In this document: one piece after another, positions 36,401 through 49,770 of the stretch
Position numbering within the stretch: the first letter of the stretch is position 1
Layout of the letters: every line of letters begins with the position of its first letter
NCBI GenBank assembly: GCA_965649765.1
Contig: OZ287749.1
Coordinates: 3,658,001 to 3,722,000 of the forward strand
From: Bispira polyomma
Lineage: Eukaryota
Direction of reading: 5' to 3'
Length of the DNA stretch: 64,000 bases
Program-made: the position numbers and the translations under genes
Notes under the pieces: generated by a model
What the model was told of the DNA's origin: nothing
The model's input: only the letters and a program-made list of their open reading frames with translations
The model's database searches: none

Positions 36401-39400
36401 CCTTGGTTCAGTATATGAATAAATGTTAGAATATTAATATAGTGATGAAAACTAATATCCCCACATCCCACAACTCACACATTAGTGTCTAGTATTTACA
36501 GTGTATGTACAGATTTTATAACCAATACAGTCATATTTTAAGATTAAAGTCAGTGGTGTTGAATTGGTCCCAGAGTACAATTTCAACTTGGCCCCGGTGT
36601 CGAGATGGGCCCCCCTACAATTACATTCACTATGTCACTATTAACCCCCGAACTATAAGAAATTACAAGTCACTTTCAAATCACAATTTGTTCTTTATAT
36701 TTTTTCATAGATAAAAATTATATAACAAAATTAATGAAATTTACATAGGATACCTGAACTGCATAACACGTGTTCATAATGAGCCCTACCCGTGATATTT
36801 GTTTGTCGAAGAATAAATAACCTACATTTTGGTATAAAGTCAGGTTATATTTGTATTAACTTCAAAATTCAAATCCACATACACATATTTCAGTCCTTGT
36901 TACCTTATGTGTAAACTTCATAGTGGGGTTCAGTGTCAACTATCATTCGGGATGGATACACCATGCTTATACATTATTTAAGGTACATTTACTTTTCGTT
37001 GGGATTAGAGTCTTTTTTTTTTGTGTACTACTATAAAAAATGTATGCATAACTGAATAACGCTGCCAGCATTTTCAAAAAAGTTCACAAAAGCTCATACA
37101 TAAACTCATTGTCAGAATTAATGCTAATGTAGGACAACCAAAGTTTTCCTAACGTTACTTTTGGTTGACAAGAAGAGTAATATGCAAGGTTATTGCGACG
37201 ATTAGAAAAAAGTAATTCCATTATTCTGAAATCGGTCAAGCTATAAACAGCTATTAGATGTGATTAGGTCGAGGCTAGACTCTAGTGATGAATCACTCCA
37301 TTTCCTGCCGAAAATCCCACTTAAGGTATAACCTAGGATGCTCAGAAATCAAATTATCTGGGTTTTAGCATTCTATATTTTAGGATTGCAGTAAGGCTTC
37401 ACAAGTTTGCTGTTTATCAGGCGCAGTCTAATGTGGTTTTCACTGACAAGGGCCCACTATGGAAAAGGGCGCCAACATCTTAAAAATAATATGTAAGGCC
37501 GTTTTGGAATTGTTGGAAGTAATCATCCTGTCCAAACTGAGGGGTGTAAGATTTATATTATCAGGGGATTATCAGGTATAGCCGCCATGTTGAAAATAAA
37601 TGTAAGGCCTTCATGGATAGTTTGAAAACCTTTTTTCAGACCCCTTGTGCAGAGGGGAGAGATTGCAACCCTCTCACAAGACTTTTTATACAGTAACAAA
37701 AATATATAGTCTTTTATACTAGTAAGGGAAAATACACCATTTTTTATTTACTATGTACATAACAAGAAAGAAGAACATTCATATGGAAACAAATTCAATA
37801 AAGGAAGGAAACAAATTATACGATAGCTTTCCTATAATTCTGTCAAACAATTTTTTTTAATAAATTTTAATTTCTAATGAATATTTTTTTCTTACAATTA
37901 ACTTTAGCAACTAGGATTTGCTCGTCATAGATAGTTTTAGTATTTGGTGTAATTCCATACTGTTTTAACCAGGTGAGTGTCTTGAATTGGAATATATATA
38001 TATAGGTTTTAGTGGATAGAAGAAGAATATTGATTGGAAGTCAGTTGTTATCAGTAATTAGATATCCTAAAATCTGTTCCAATGGACCCAGCATTATATT
38101 AATGACTGGCTTAGTCTGAAAAGAGATAAATTATAGATTCTGGGGAGGATGTACACAGTAAGCGATTAAGAGATGACACTATACCTATTTTATTAAGTAG
38201 TTTATGGGTACCACGAATATGATGCAATATTCTGCACTAAAACGAAATAAGGTAGTCGTCCTGGACTGTTTTAAAACATGTTTTATATGCCTGTTGCCAT
38301 GTACCTTTAGCGATATTTATGTCTCGCTCAACTTTCCATATATTTTTTAAATTGATGTTATAAGCACGTCTTATTCAAGAGTGTGTATAATTGTTTGGCT
38401 CATTGGTTGTGACAGAACAGGACTGACAATTGCTTTGGCCGACAAGGTTGTTGAAACTTAAAAAGATCATCCTTTTATATTTCCTTGCAAAAGGTTGGAC
38501 ACAAGATTTGACTCGTAGGTAGTCCAAAAAATTGGTTTTCAACAGGTTAAATGTTCGTTCTAATTCTCTTTGGCCAATTACATTGCCATTATTGTCAATC
38601 AGATCTCCAACAATAAAGTTTATTCCATGCCTACTTCAATGAGGAAAGTTGAGAGTTGTTTCTGAAATTTTGGGGTTCTACCTAATTATTGAGGTCAGAA
38701 TATCATTGTTGCTCTATATATATACGGTTTATTTCACAAACTTTTGCCCAGAAAGTTAGAATTTCCTTAATCTTGATTCTTAGCCATAGGCCAATAAACT
38801 TTACACGGAGACCTGCATTGACATACAATTAATTCATACAAGTCAGTATTTTATCATTTTTAACACTGCCTAAAGAAGTGACGTAACAATCTCTTTATTT
38901 TTATGTAGTGACTTTCTGAAATATTAGCATTTAATGATAAATATATTTTTTTTAAAAAGAAGTGGCTATAATCATTTGAGAGGGGGGTGTATTACAGATG
39001 CTATGGGTACCTGTCTATTAGACCAGCAATGTGGGTACTAGGGGTACTAGGTTACAAACTGCTGTGTAGTAGCCTAGTAGTTCTAAAGCCTTTCACTTTG
39101 CAATTAATTGCCTCCGACCTCTGAGGAATGTGGATAGAATCTGAATACTGGCTGTCATGCAGAGAAGTACATCAGGCCCCTTATTCACTAACATTCTTAT
39201 TCTTAGAATTTTCTTTAGAGAATTTGTAAGAGTGAGAAAAAATTGCCATAGGAATGCCTTTTGAAACAAACTTTTCCACAAACAGTAGCTCAATACTAGT
39301 CAACAACTAAAATATTAATGCTACCTGGCTGTAGTACCCAATTTGTCAACATTTACTCTGGAAATCTAAATATTCTCTTATTTAGAAATTTAGAAATTCT

Positions 39401-41661
39401 TATTTCTTAGATTTTTTTCTTAGAAAATGTCTGTTTTTTTATAACATTCAAATAATAAGAGTAATTCTAACTGTAAAGTCTGTTTTGTTAGTTTGCGGCA
39501 TATTGTGACCAATATACTTTCCTACATAGCAGTAGTATTTCCCTCATACGCACAGAGGCTCTAGTAGTCACAACATAAACTAAGCTATTGAAAGTGACAA
39601 TCAAACCCCCTAAATAACTCGCACTGAAGCCCAGGATTTTTCTGTTTGGTTATTAGCTATGGCCAAAACAACTTGCATATCACCTGTGTGCCAGCACATT
39701 TCTAAATAACCACTGTATTTTGGTGGAAATTGAGTAGCTTCTGGTTTGTCTAGCTCCTGATAATAGAGTCACCCTCTATCTTGTGACAACAGCAGCAGCA
39801 GTGATTCCACCCCAAAAGGTCAAGGGATTTTGGCTGATTGATCTTAAATGGGGTGTAAAGCAGCTTATTTGTGTAAATTATAACCATTTTCAGCCCCAAA
39901 AAGAGGGGCTTTTCAGCAAGAGAGAATTTCTCTGTCAAAGATATTATAACAATGTCTCCTCCAGAAAAAAAGATGCTTCATTAGTTTGTGAAATCAAATC
40001 CTTGTCCTGTGGTGATGGCTAAATTCAATGTTGTTAAGCAGCACATATACTGATAAAACTCTTAAAGACACTATATATGATAAATATTGAAGTTTATTCA
40101 TCATATTCACAGTACATAAGCATAGTACAATGATATTAATAAGTTTCAAAAGAGAAAAGAGAGATAACAACTACTGATAGAAATTAAAAGAATAGTAAAA
40201 AACAACTACATAGATATATAGTTTACATACTTCTATATACACAATGAACCATTATACATGAAATATGTTAACTATTATAATGGACTTATGACATTTATTA
40301 TATAATTACTGATGTTCACTTCTTGTACAACAATTGTGTTTAGTGTCTCTGAGGTAGATGAGGTCCTTTTTGATGCCAGTCTGGCCTAAATATCATTCCC
40401 TGAATTGTACATCTTATATCTGACTTAGTTTGTTTTGTATTTAGTTTGTTGGTTTTGATGCCGCTTTCAACTGCTAGGTTCATATTGTAATGGCAAGATT
40501 CAACGGTTAAAGCAGTCAGTGCTGAAGCATTGTAAATAACTGGCCTATGGCAAATACCTGGCAAACTGGCATTCCCAAAAACATTCAGTGACATAAAATG
40601 TTGAGTATTCAATCTACAACGTCAATTTTTGGCCATGTTTTGTCCATCCAGACAATACCTCATTACCACATATCAATCAAACAAGATTTCACTTTCAGGT
40701 ACAATTTGTAAAGCCTTCAGAATGCCCAGGTGCTTTCAACTTACACCATACATTGGGTAATAAGTAGTCTACTTAATAATAATCAGTGAGCTTTGATTAG
40801 AGTTAATCTGGATCATTAATTTCAGCAGTCAGATTTAAGCTAATCCCACCCACTAACCCAGACTTGTTTCTGCTCTGTTATCAAATAGACTGTGAAAACT
40901 GATGAAAAAAGCTCACTATGCATATAAACAACACTTTGACTGGGTACCATACTGAGTGTGTTTATAGGAAACACTAAAATTAACACCACATTGGGAGTAG
41001 ACATGTTCTACTTCTGTACATAAACTTCTAATAGTGCTGCAAATAAGTAAATTAGGAAAAGAGTGTTTTTTCCTTGTTTGATATCAGCAGTTTTATAAAC
41101 ATTCTACTAAAATTTATCTCAATTGAGTCATTTTCTATAAATTTTTAAACAGAAATCAAGTTCTGGCTATTTTTACACTAAAAAGAGTACTAGAGTAGAG
41201 TAATGGTGCACGAGTACTCTGGTACAAAACTTTACTACTCGTTGCAACTGAAAGTCCTAAGGGCAGGCTACTTTAGGTGGCTTAATTTAAATCAGTAATA
41301 TTGCAAATTTAGTTATGTAACATCTGTGTATGTCAGCGTGTTAAATACTCAGGCTTCTGGGGTATTTTGTTGTTTTTTTTTTGTTTTTTTTTTTGGGGGG
41401 GAGGTGTTCTTTTTAAAGTGCTATCTTGCAGACCATGTAGGTATTGTCACTAACTTACTCCATTACCAAGGGTAAGATAGGAGTTATTTTCCCTGGTGAT
41501 TACAATATCTCTATAAAGTGCATCTCCTCATACAAGCAATAGGTGTACTTAGACAATATATTGACACCGCCCAAACAATGTTATCTCTGACTCAGAGGCC
41601 TCATATTATCCAATGATACTCAAACTCAACTAATATTAGGACTCTTTGCAACTCCTCGAAG

Positions 41662-41890
41662 GGCTCTGTGGCATAGTGATAAATGTATTCGGCGTCCATG
41701 TCTGAGTTTGAGGGTTCGAATCTTGGCCGCAACTTTGTGGGAAATTGGCAGTTACTTGACAATACATTAGTTTACAGTGCATAATCTTGACCGACTATAG
41801 TATTCACTGCTTTTCCCGATCATTAAAACTGGCCGCCATGATATGACCAAAACAATGTTTTCTAAGCCATGTTAAACCCGAATCGATTAA
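41662..41890 (+). mobile_element. tRNA-derived SINE
   Basis: TGGCATAGTG A box, GGTTCGAATC B box, shared gtgggaaa..ggcagttact core, gatatgacc...gttaaacc tail. Confidence 0.75.
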
Positions 41891-42215
41891 TCTATGGAAC
41901 TCACTGCAGATTGAATTAACCCTAAACTTCTAAGTATTCCTTCAGAAGAGCTTTCAGCGCTGAATTCAAATATTGAGTGAAATGTTACTTTTTTAAATAA
42001 TAAAAAATATTTGAGTGAAGGAGAAATCTAAAAAAATCATATTAAAAGACATTTGAATATTGGGACACAGAAAGAAGTTTAGTTATTAGTATTGGTTTAC
42101 ACCCCAAAACCCAATTCAAAACACTGCCCTAAAAAACAATGCAAAATGATTTTAATCTTGCTTAAACCATGTTGAACTATTTGCAAAGATTTGCAACCCT
42201 CTGGCAGAACGATAA

Positions 42216-43780
42216 TGTAATCAAGCTGATAGAACAGTGTTTACGGGCTTCCAAAGCAGTGCCTTTAACAGTGTAGTAAGTAGTAAAATGAAGCCTTGTA
42301 CTGAATCAGACTGTGAAAACGATGTAAAACAATATCCATAACTGCTTATTTCTGTCACCTCTATAAGATAATAAGTTTTACAAATCCCTGGAAACATCAT
42401 TGCATGTACTTTCAATAGCTAGTTGTATACTTGCGTTATACCAATAAACATGCTTCCTACACTGTAGGTTATAACACATTTTGGCGACAATTATAAACTA
42501 AAACAAGCCTAATGAATAACTGAACTTAGAGGTAATTGAACCAGAATCTTTCAAGCTGAAAGTGATTATTCTCAGTTGGACAAAGATGGTGTAGCTGTGG
42601 TTTATAGAGTTACGAAATTTCATCAATACTTGTTCAGAAGAAAGTTTACCGTGTATACCGATCACAAACCACTCCTGGGACTAGTTGGGTCAAATGCAAC
42701 ACCGGTGATGGCATCTCCTCGAATGCAAACATGGATCTTGTTGTGAGCAGGTTATGAATGTGAAAATTCAGTACAAGCCTGGACGACAGAACAATTACAA
42801 TGCTGATGCCACAAGTAAAAGATCTACCAGTGCCAACTACTAAAACACTTGGACAGGACACCAATAATAGCAAATCACATCATAATGTTAACAACCAGAG
42901 ATACGTTATTGACAAAGGTTTTGTTATACCATTTATTCGTGGCCAGACGATGTTGAAGATTTTCAACCAAAAGGCTTAACTGAGTGTTTAGGGTGGCTGC
43001 TTGCTATGGGGAAACCGTGAAATAGTACCACTTCTGCTGTTCTGCAGGAACTGCATGAAGCACACTAGGTGTGTTCTAGATGAATAATCTAGCCAGAATA
43101 CAGGTCTGGTGGCCTGGCATTGACAGTAAGATTAATGCTTTGCTACACCTGCAAAGAAAACCACTTCACCCATGAAAATGACTAGCAAAGCATTAGGCCA
43201 CACATAGATTATGGCAGTCCTTTTATAGGCAAAAATGTCGATGTGACATCTTAATGGTTGGAAGTTAAGATTGTCAACAAAGCTGATTCACAGAGCACCA
43301 TAAACGTACTGAGGAAGATATTTGCAACCCATGGACTGACAAAAAGAATAGTGAGTGACAATACAGTCAGGACACACAGGAAATCTTTAAGAGGAATCAC
43401 ATCATCCACATTACGTCATCTCCTTACCACCCTGCCAGTAATGGTTTAGCTGAGAATTATGTCCAAATATTCAAGGAATATTTGAAGGAGATAAGTTCAG
43501 GAACTTGACAAACCAAGTTGAGTTGGGATTTTTTCTCCATTATAGGAACACACCACAGTGTACAACCAGTCTCTCATCAGAAATTTTGCTGAATCACAGA
43601 CGGAACACACATCTGCAGTCCTTGTTTCCTAACCTTACTGACAGGGTTCAGTTGAAACAGGAGGAGAAGGTAACGTATGACCGGAAGTATTCAGATAGAT
43701 TTTTTCGATAGTGAAGATGCAGTTTTTGTCCTAAATTATTGCCCTGGACCAAGATTGTTACCAGCAGTAATAGGGAAATC
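42216..43780 (+). mobile_element. Second, heavily degraded Gypsy remnant (LTR, PBS, RNase H, integrase; canonical order)
   Basis: TGTAA...TAACA LTR-like segment at 42216-42476 with AATAAA, PBS-like TGGCGAC at 42482, then YSQLDK...FHQYLF...YTDHKPLLG, WWPGID, IFATHGL..IVSDN and PYHPASNGLAE spread across frameshifts. Confidence 0.8.
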
Positions 43781-45439
43781 CACTTGGTTCAACGTAATGG
43801 TACTTATTAGTATCCAAGTAGTCATTACTAGCTTTTTGGTTAACATATAACACCATAAGTGACGTAATTGTCTTATACTTAGTAAGTCATACGTATGTAA
43901 TTATAAGCTATGTTTACAATGACGTAATGTGCCATTGTAACCTTAAACACTAACAACATGTCTTAGTTGTTATGTAACTCAATGTTATGTAAATAAATGT
44001 TAAAGTAGTGTAGCAGTTAATTAACATCGATGTCTAACAAAATTTAACAATAAATGTATAACAAGTTAACAAACTGTGAATGTAAAGTTATTGTAAAGGG
44101 TAACGAGTAATGTGTTTTAAAATAAAAACTCCAAATATGTTTTACTAAAAACTCTATTTTATTTTTGTCTTCCTTCCTCTCCCTTGGACTGAGTCATACT
44201 ATACATATTAAGAGGGTACAAAACACCAGGTAATGGCACTACTGGGTTTGCTTGACTCATAAAATATGCATTCTATGTAACACTAGAACCTGGTGGTAAT
44301 GGTGTGGACAGAGTAATCATATCTCAGTTACATTACAAGCCACTCTTCCTGGCATTACAGATAACCAATAATACTCACCTCTATAATTGTCTACTAAAAA
44401 TCAATTCTCTCTCTCCGACCCCCACCCACCCCATCCCCATAATGTCAAACCTATGGTTTATGTCTCCTGGTTGTCACTAACAATAAGTTCACCCCCAGAC
44501 TATTAACCCTTGGAACCAGTTTTTCTTTTCAGTGTTAATTGTTATATTGTATCTAACCTTGAATTGGTACAGTTAACCAGCAACAGTAATCACTGGTATT
44601 CTCTTAACTGAAAAGAGAGGTTTGAGGATGACACTATATATTTAACCTCCTCCTGGGGATATGGGGGTAGTATTTAATGACAGATTCAGTGTTAATTGTA
44701 TTGTATTGAAATTTGTACTCCTTTATTATTTTGTGCATTTATCTAACCTTTAATTGGTAAAGTCAACCAGTAATCATTGCTATTCCTATTAACTGAAGAG
44801 AAGAGAAGGTTTGAGGATGAAACCATTTATCAACGTGTTTATTTATCAAAGTGTTTTAACCTGGGGATAGTATAGTACTTAATGACAGATGACCACCATT
44901 TTAAAGTAATCATCCAAGCCACTATATACCTGGTCATCCAAAAATTGGATCAAACCCAGGTCCTCTGCATTCCTAAGTGAGTATATGCGACCTTCCAGAC
45001 CACAGCGGCAGGTGATCCAGAGCATTTCTTTTCACCTACACATGTCACCAGTCTATTGCAGGTTACCTCCTCCAAAACCTTAGTTGGTAACCCATTTTAT
45101 ACTATATACTGGGTAAAGCAATCCATTGGACATCAGTGCTGTAGAGGATGTTCTCATCAAGTTGGCGCTCTAAAAATGCTTCAATTATGATTATTATATT
45201 GTGTTGTATTATGGATTTTAATGTGCTTTATTGATGCTGATTGAGGCATCTTTTAAAGGACAATATTAAAATCAACACAAAGAAAAACAAAGCTGAATTG
45301 TGAGTGTATATAGCCTCCACAAAGCAAACCAGTATGTGTAACAAAGTTTTAGAAGGTGAGACTTAGGTTTTTTCTGAAAACTTTAAAAAGAGGTTATGAT
45401 CTCAGCTCAACTGGGGGTTTATTTATTCTATCACATGGA

Positions 45440-45672
45440 TTTTAGTTGAATTTATTTAGGATTTATGTCAATTTCAAGAGCTTAGGTCATATCTCACTGC
45501 CTAGATTCTCAACGGTTCACGAAACCAGCTCTGAAGCCACTTTAATCTGCCAGCCTACAGCCTGACCAACTTTCCCCACATGAAGGAACAACAGGATTCA
45601 AACCCACACATTAGTGGGAAGCCAGTGATTTAAAGCAGGCGCTTTTATAACCTATAGGCCACCATGGCCCCC
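45440..45672 (-). mobile_element. tRNA-derived SINE
   Basis: Reverse-complement copy of the 56628 family. Confidence 0.75.
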
Positions 45673-47001
45673 TCAAACATAAGGTGGATAACCTCTTTGG
45701 AGGTTGCAAAAGACAAAATTAAAGTAAGGAGGCTGGTTAAGAACCACAGCCTTGAACATTTTTTAAGGTAGTGAATCCGAAACCAGTGGATTTTTTAAGC
45801 AAGCCTGAACATCAGTTCCGAGGTTAAGATGATAAATTACCCCTGCACAACACTTTTTACTTGTTTGACACACTCCTTAAACACTAAAACAAAAATACCA
45901 AATGCAATGGTTCAGTTCCTTGGTTAGGGAGGATGTCTTCGTTTGTTGAGGTAACCGTACAAAAAGAATTACTAGATATATTTAGACATGTTTAAGTAGA
46001 CCTTAACATAAGCATGTGCCCTTAAGGTGCTTTAATTGTAAGGTATTAGCTTTTACCATTATATTCTGTTGTTATTGCTCTCTCATATTTGGTTTACCAA
46101 GAAGTCAATATGGACTCCAGCCAAAATGTTTGGCAAACCTGTAATAATTCCCATGTGAATAAAAAATGATGTTAAGGGTTTTCAGAAAGATCTTTTGTTT
46201 TTGTCTGTGTCCTGTATTTACTTAGAACTGATGCTTCTTCTGTAGACTTGGTAAAGGCTCCAATTTCCTTCTCTCTGCACACACAGAGTGACGCAGTAAT
46301 TGGTTCGCGACATAATTGGGGGTCGATTTTACAAGGAAAGGCTGTCATAGCAAGGAAAGTGAAGGAACATAGCCAAAACTATGATACACAATAACACAAA
46401 CTAACCATTTTGATCAATATTTTTATCCACGAGACACATATATAATGTGCATGAACAGCATGCTTGGGGAAAAGCCACAACAAACATGTGATACACTATT
46501 TTGAGCCTGAAGAACATACTGTTATTGCATTAAAACTTGTACTTATTTTGTGTTTTAAGTTCCTTGTTTATATCTAACAGCTGACATCAAATTGATGGTT
46601 CATGTGAATGACAGAAACTTAGTATTTATCAGACAATGGAAAATTGTTTGACGTTGTGTTACTTTATGAAAGTGCTTAATAAGCAATATATATTGGCATT
46701 CTGTTGTCACTTATTCAAGTTATGCTCTGTATTTACAAATTATAGACATTTGCTTCTACTACTGGCCATGTCACTGAACGTCATAAACGGTATAATGACG
46801 TCATAAAAAATAGCAAAAATTACAACAGAATGGGTTTTGGAAACCTCTTGTATTTTGGTGATTTTCGCCTGTAACATAAAGTGAACACAATTTGCATCAT
46901 ATAGATTTTGAAAAATACACACACATCATGAATTTGTTAATTGAGTGACATGTTATCCAACAACCAGCTTAAGCCATAAACAAGGTTACCTCTTCACTGA
47001 C

Positions 47002-47254
47002 GGGGGCCGCGGTGGCCTAGTGGTTAGCAAGCATTGTGCTTCACAATCACTGGTCTCTCACTTCTGGGTGGCATGAGTTCGACTCCCATCGATGCCTATG
47101 TGGGTGGTAGTTCCTTACTGTGGGCCGCTGGTTTCAGTGCAGAATCTTGATCAACTGTATGCAGTGTTTCCTCCAGCGTTTCCAACTACCCGTCCCAATA
47201 TAACCTACTAAAAGGTACCAGAGTGGACGTTAAATATTCAAATTCAAATTCAAA
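47002..47254 (+). mobile_element. Full-length tRNA-derived SINE with 14-bp TSD
   Basis: A box TGGCCTAGTGG, B box AGTTCGACTC, (ATTCAA)n tail. TSD acctcttcactgac at 46988-47001 and 47255-47268. Confidence 0.92.
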
Positions 47255-47419
47255 ACCTCTTCACTGACCATTGAGTGTTTTCTGCTATAAATGCAGTAAA
47301 AGCCACGGATAAGTTATTTATAAGTTTGGAGACAAATACCACAGGTTGCTGCACACATTCACACCATTCAGCCTACGTTCTCATGTACACTATAACCAAT
47401 GGCCAGAAATGTTATTGAG

Positions 47420-47637
47420 AATTTGATTTTAACCGTCGCTTTCAACAGCTTCGGTCATATCGCGATGGCCATATTTTAATGGTGGAAGAAAGCAGTGCTG
47501 AAACCATTGACCTATGACAAAGTACCAGACAAACTTTTCCCACATGAAGGAATGAACAGGATTCAAACCCACATTGTTGAGAAGAAGCCAGTGATTGTGA
47601 AGCAGGCGCTTCTAACCACTAGGTCACCACAGCCCCT
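47420..47637 (-). mobile_element. tRNA-derived SINE
   Basis: Reverse-complement copy of the 56628 family. Confidence 0.8.
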
Positions 47638-48981
47638 TTCTCCTGCAAAAAAAAATCAATATTTCTAAGCACATATAGATATTTATATATATTCAGGAGC
47701 AAACTCAAGGCACATCTGTTCTGACTGGCTTCTGTTCCCACCTTAGTCAATCTCCCCTACAGATGTCCTTCTAGTCATGACCCGGTGTTTTCCGACTAAT
47801 TATTTGGACAACCAGTGCTTTAGAGGATACTGTATCAATTTGGTGCTATAGCCAATTCATCTATAATATTAACAATACAATTTGACTGTTTGAATGCGTG
47901 AAAAAATCTGGATGTCGCAAATTGCATTCGTTATACATCATAAAGAAATAAAGATAGTTACAGTACAAAAATTCGATGTTGCATATTAGTCGGCCGTCAT
48001 CGCATACATGGGGATGCGGGCTTACGCTTGTTTTACAAGATTGTCAAAAATGTCACTGCTTTTATTTTTTGAGGATTTTAACAAGGCAAAAATCACAAAT
48101 TGCCTACCTTTCATGAAACCTTCATCAATTGGAAAAGGCCTGTTAGTTTTTTGGGGCTTTCAACTTCCATTAATATTTTAACTTGCCAGTGTTTTCTGTG
48201 TCTTCTTATTAACTGAAACTTTTTATGAGAAGTTTTTCTGGTGTTTCCTTTGTGTCATCTAATACGTTACCATGCACACACCCATCAAAAAGAAAAAGGG
48301 TACCGAAAAGGGAAAAATTGGGGAGAGCAAAGATAGATCCTTAGCTAATGAATCCAGAGTATTGAACCCATCAACTAGAACCCTTTATAGCTAAAACACC
48401 TTGCTGACAAAATATGATTTGCAAAAAATGTAAGATGTAATATTTCATTACATGTGCGTATTAATAGCATGAGCTTTTAGGGTCTCCCCTTTGGCTCAAC
48501 TGTTAAGAGTCTGCCTAGTAAGCGGCAGGTCTAGGGATCAAAACCTGTCCAACGTTTATCATGTAACATAGAAATCAACATTTTTTGACTATTGTGTTGG
48601 ACATTTTAACAGATATAACTAGAGGACGTGCCGAAACCTGGTTTATTCCAATTTCTGGTCTAAACTGGTTTTTAACGTCACAAACAAGATGCTTTACATG
48701 TGAAAATGTCAATACAAACTTTGAACCTTTGAAATAGAACTGTTAGTTAATATAGAATACACATATTGTTGAGAAATAAGTGATCTTAATGGGCGTCGGC
48801 AATCAGCTGATGTACGGCGACAATTGACAATTTTTATGTTTTTGCTACCAGGAACGAAACAAATAGTCTTGCATTGCTTACAAAGAAATCAATGAAACCA
48901 ATCAATTTGCCATCGGCTGATCGTCTCAGAAAATTGCCTGCATGAAAACATTCAGTTTAAAATGCCCACTTATTTTTCCAG

Positions 48982-49062
48982 GGTACCTGGAGTCCATCCA
49001 CAAGGACAACAACTATCTGATTCTGATCCATGTGCCAGAACTGCTGGACGGAGAGAGAAACA
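48982..49062 (+). CDS. USP-B coding exon 2 (81 nt)
   Basis: Acceptor tatttttccag; (W)YLESIHKDNNYLILIHVPELLDGERN + A; donor GTGAGT. Same length and phases as USP-A exon 2. Confidence 0.9.
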
Positions 49063-49139
49063 GTGAGTATATTATTCTTATTATTATTACTGGGCATGTA
49101 TAGAGCACCAAATTGATGAGAACATCCTCTAAGGCACTG

Positions 49140-49500
49140 ATATCCAAAAAGGGTAGGTCCATGGGCAGCCAAATGGATGTTACCAAAAAGCATCCACCAG
49201 GGAAGAAAAGTTTTCAGATGGCTTCTGAAATCAGGGATTGTATCCTGTAATTTGACAGTCTGTGGGAGCTTCTTTCATTCAACAGGAGCCTCGACAGCAA
49301 AGCAGGACCTGCCGATTTATCGATTTGGTCGGGTTGAGGAAACAGAGCGGTGGTTTCCCCGGGTAAGACTGCTAGGCTTAATGAGTGAGGATTAATAAGG
49401 AGGTTCGTTGAGTTTGATAGCTTCGAACACAGGAAGCTTGTATTAAGAAAAGAATACGCTTAGTAGCCAGTAAAGTTTGTATATGATGACACACGGCTAA
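49140..49500 (-). mobile_element. L2-like LINE 3' fragment, split by the DIRS (continues at about 55658-55730)
   Basis: Reverse strand aligns to the L2 at 59620-60000 (LHWL.., GR..FAV.AP..W..LP, F...LKT.L motifs). Confidence 0.8.
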
Positions 49501-49518
49501 TTTTATAGCGAAAATTGC

Positions 49519-49710
49519 CCTTACCATTTCCTAACAATAGCTTACGTGTTGGAGCCGTCCAATTCACTGGCCAACGAAGATAAACGTTTTATGCTACCCT
49601 AAGCATAACCAGTGAATTTAAGGTCTGTGTAGTGGACAATGGTCAGTCCCCCCCTTAATAATAAGTCACGTGGGTAGCCAATAGGCGGTAACCTTCATCT
49701 TTTTTTGTTG
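49519..49710 (+). repeat. DIRS left inverted terminal repeat (shared part)
   Basis: Reverse complement of 55423-55615 with two differences seen (C7 vs C8 run, one T/A). Contains GTCACGTG and CCAAT. Confidence 0.95.
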
Positions 49711-49770
49711 GCCGTCATTGTGTATGGACGTACTTTGGAAAATTTTGGAAATATTTTATACTTTGGAATT

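Noticed and set aside
37700-38760. Possible degraded L1/Tx1-like LINE 3' end on the minus strand
   Set aside because: Only faint Cys/His-motif remnants; not supportable without a profile search.
36018-39000. 3' LTR and PPT of the Gmr1-like element (e.g. gagaggggggtgt near 38980)
   Set aside because: The sequence after the purine run does not match the 5' LTR, and no second LTR copy was found in the window.
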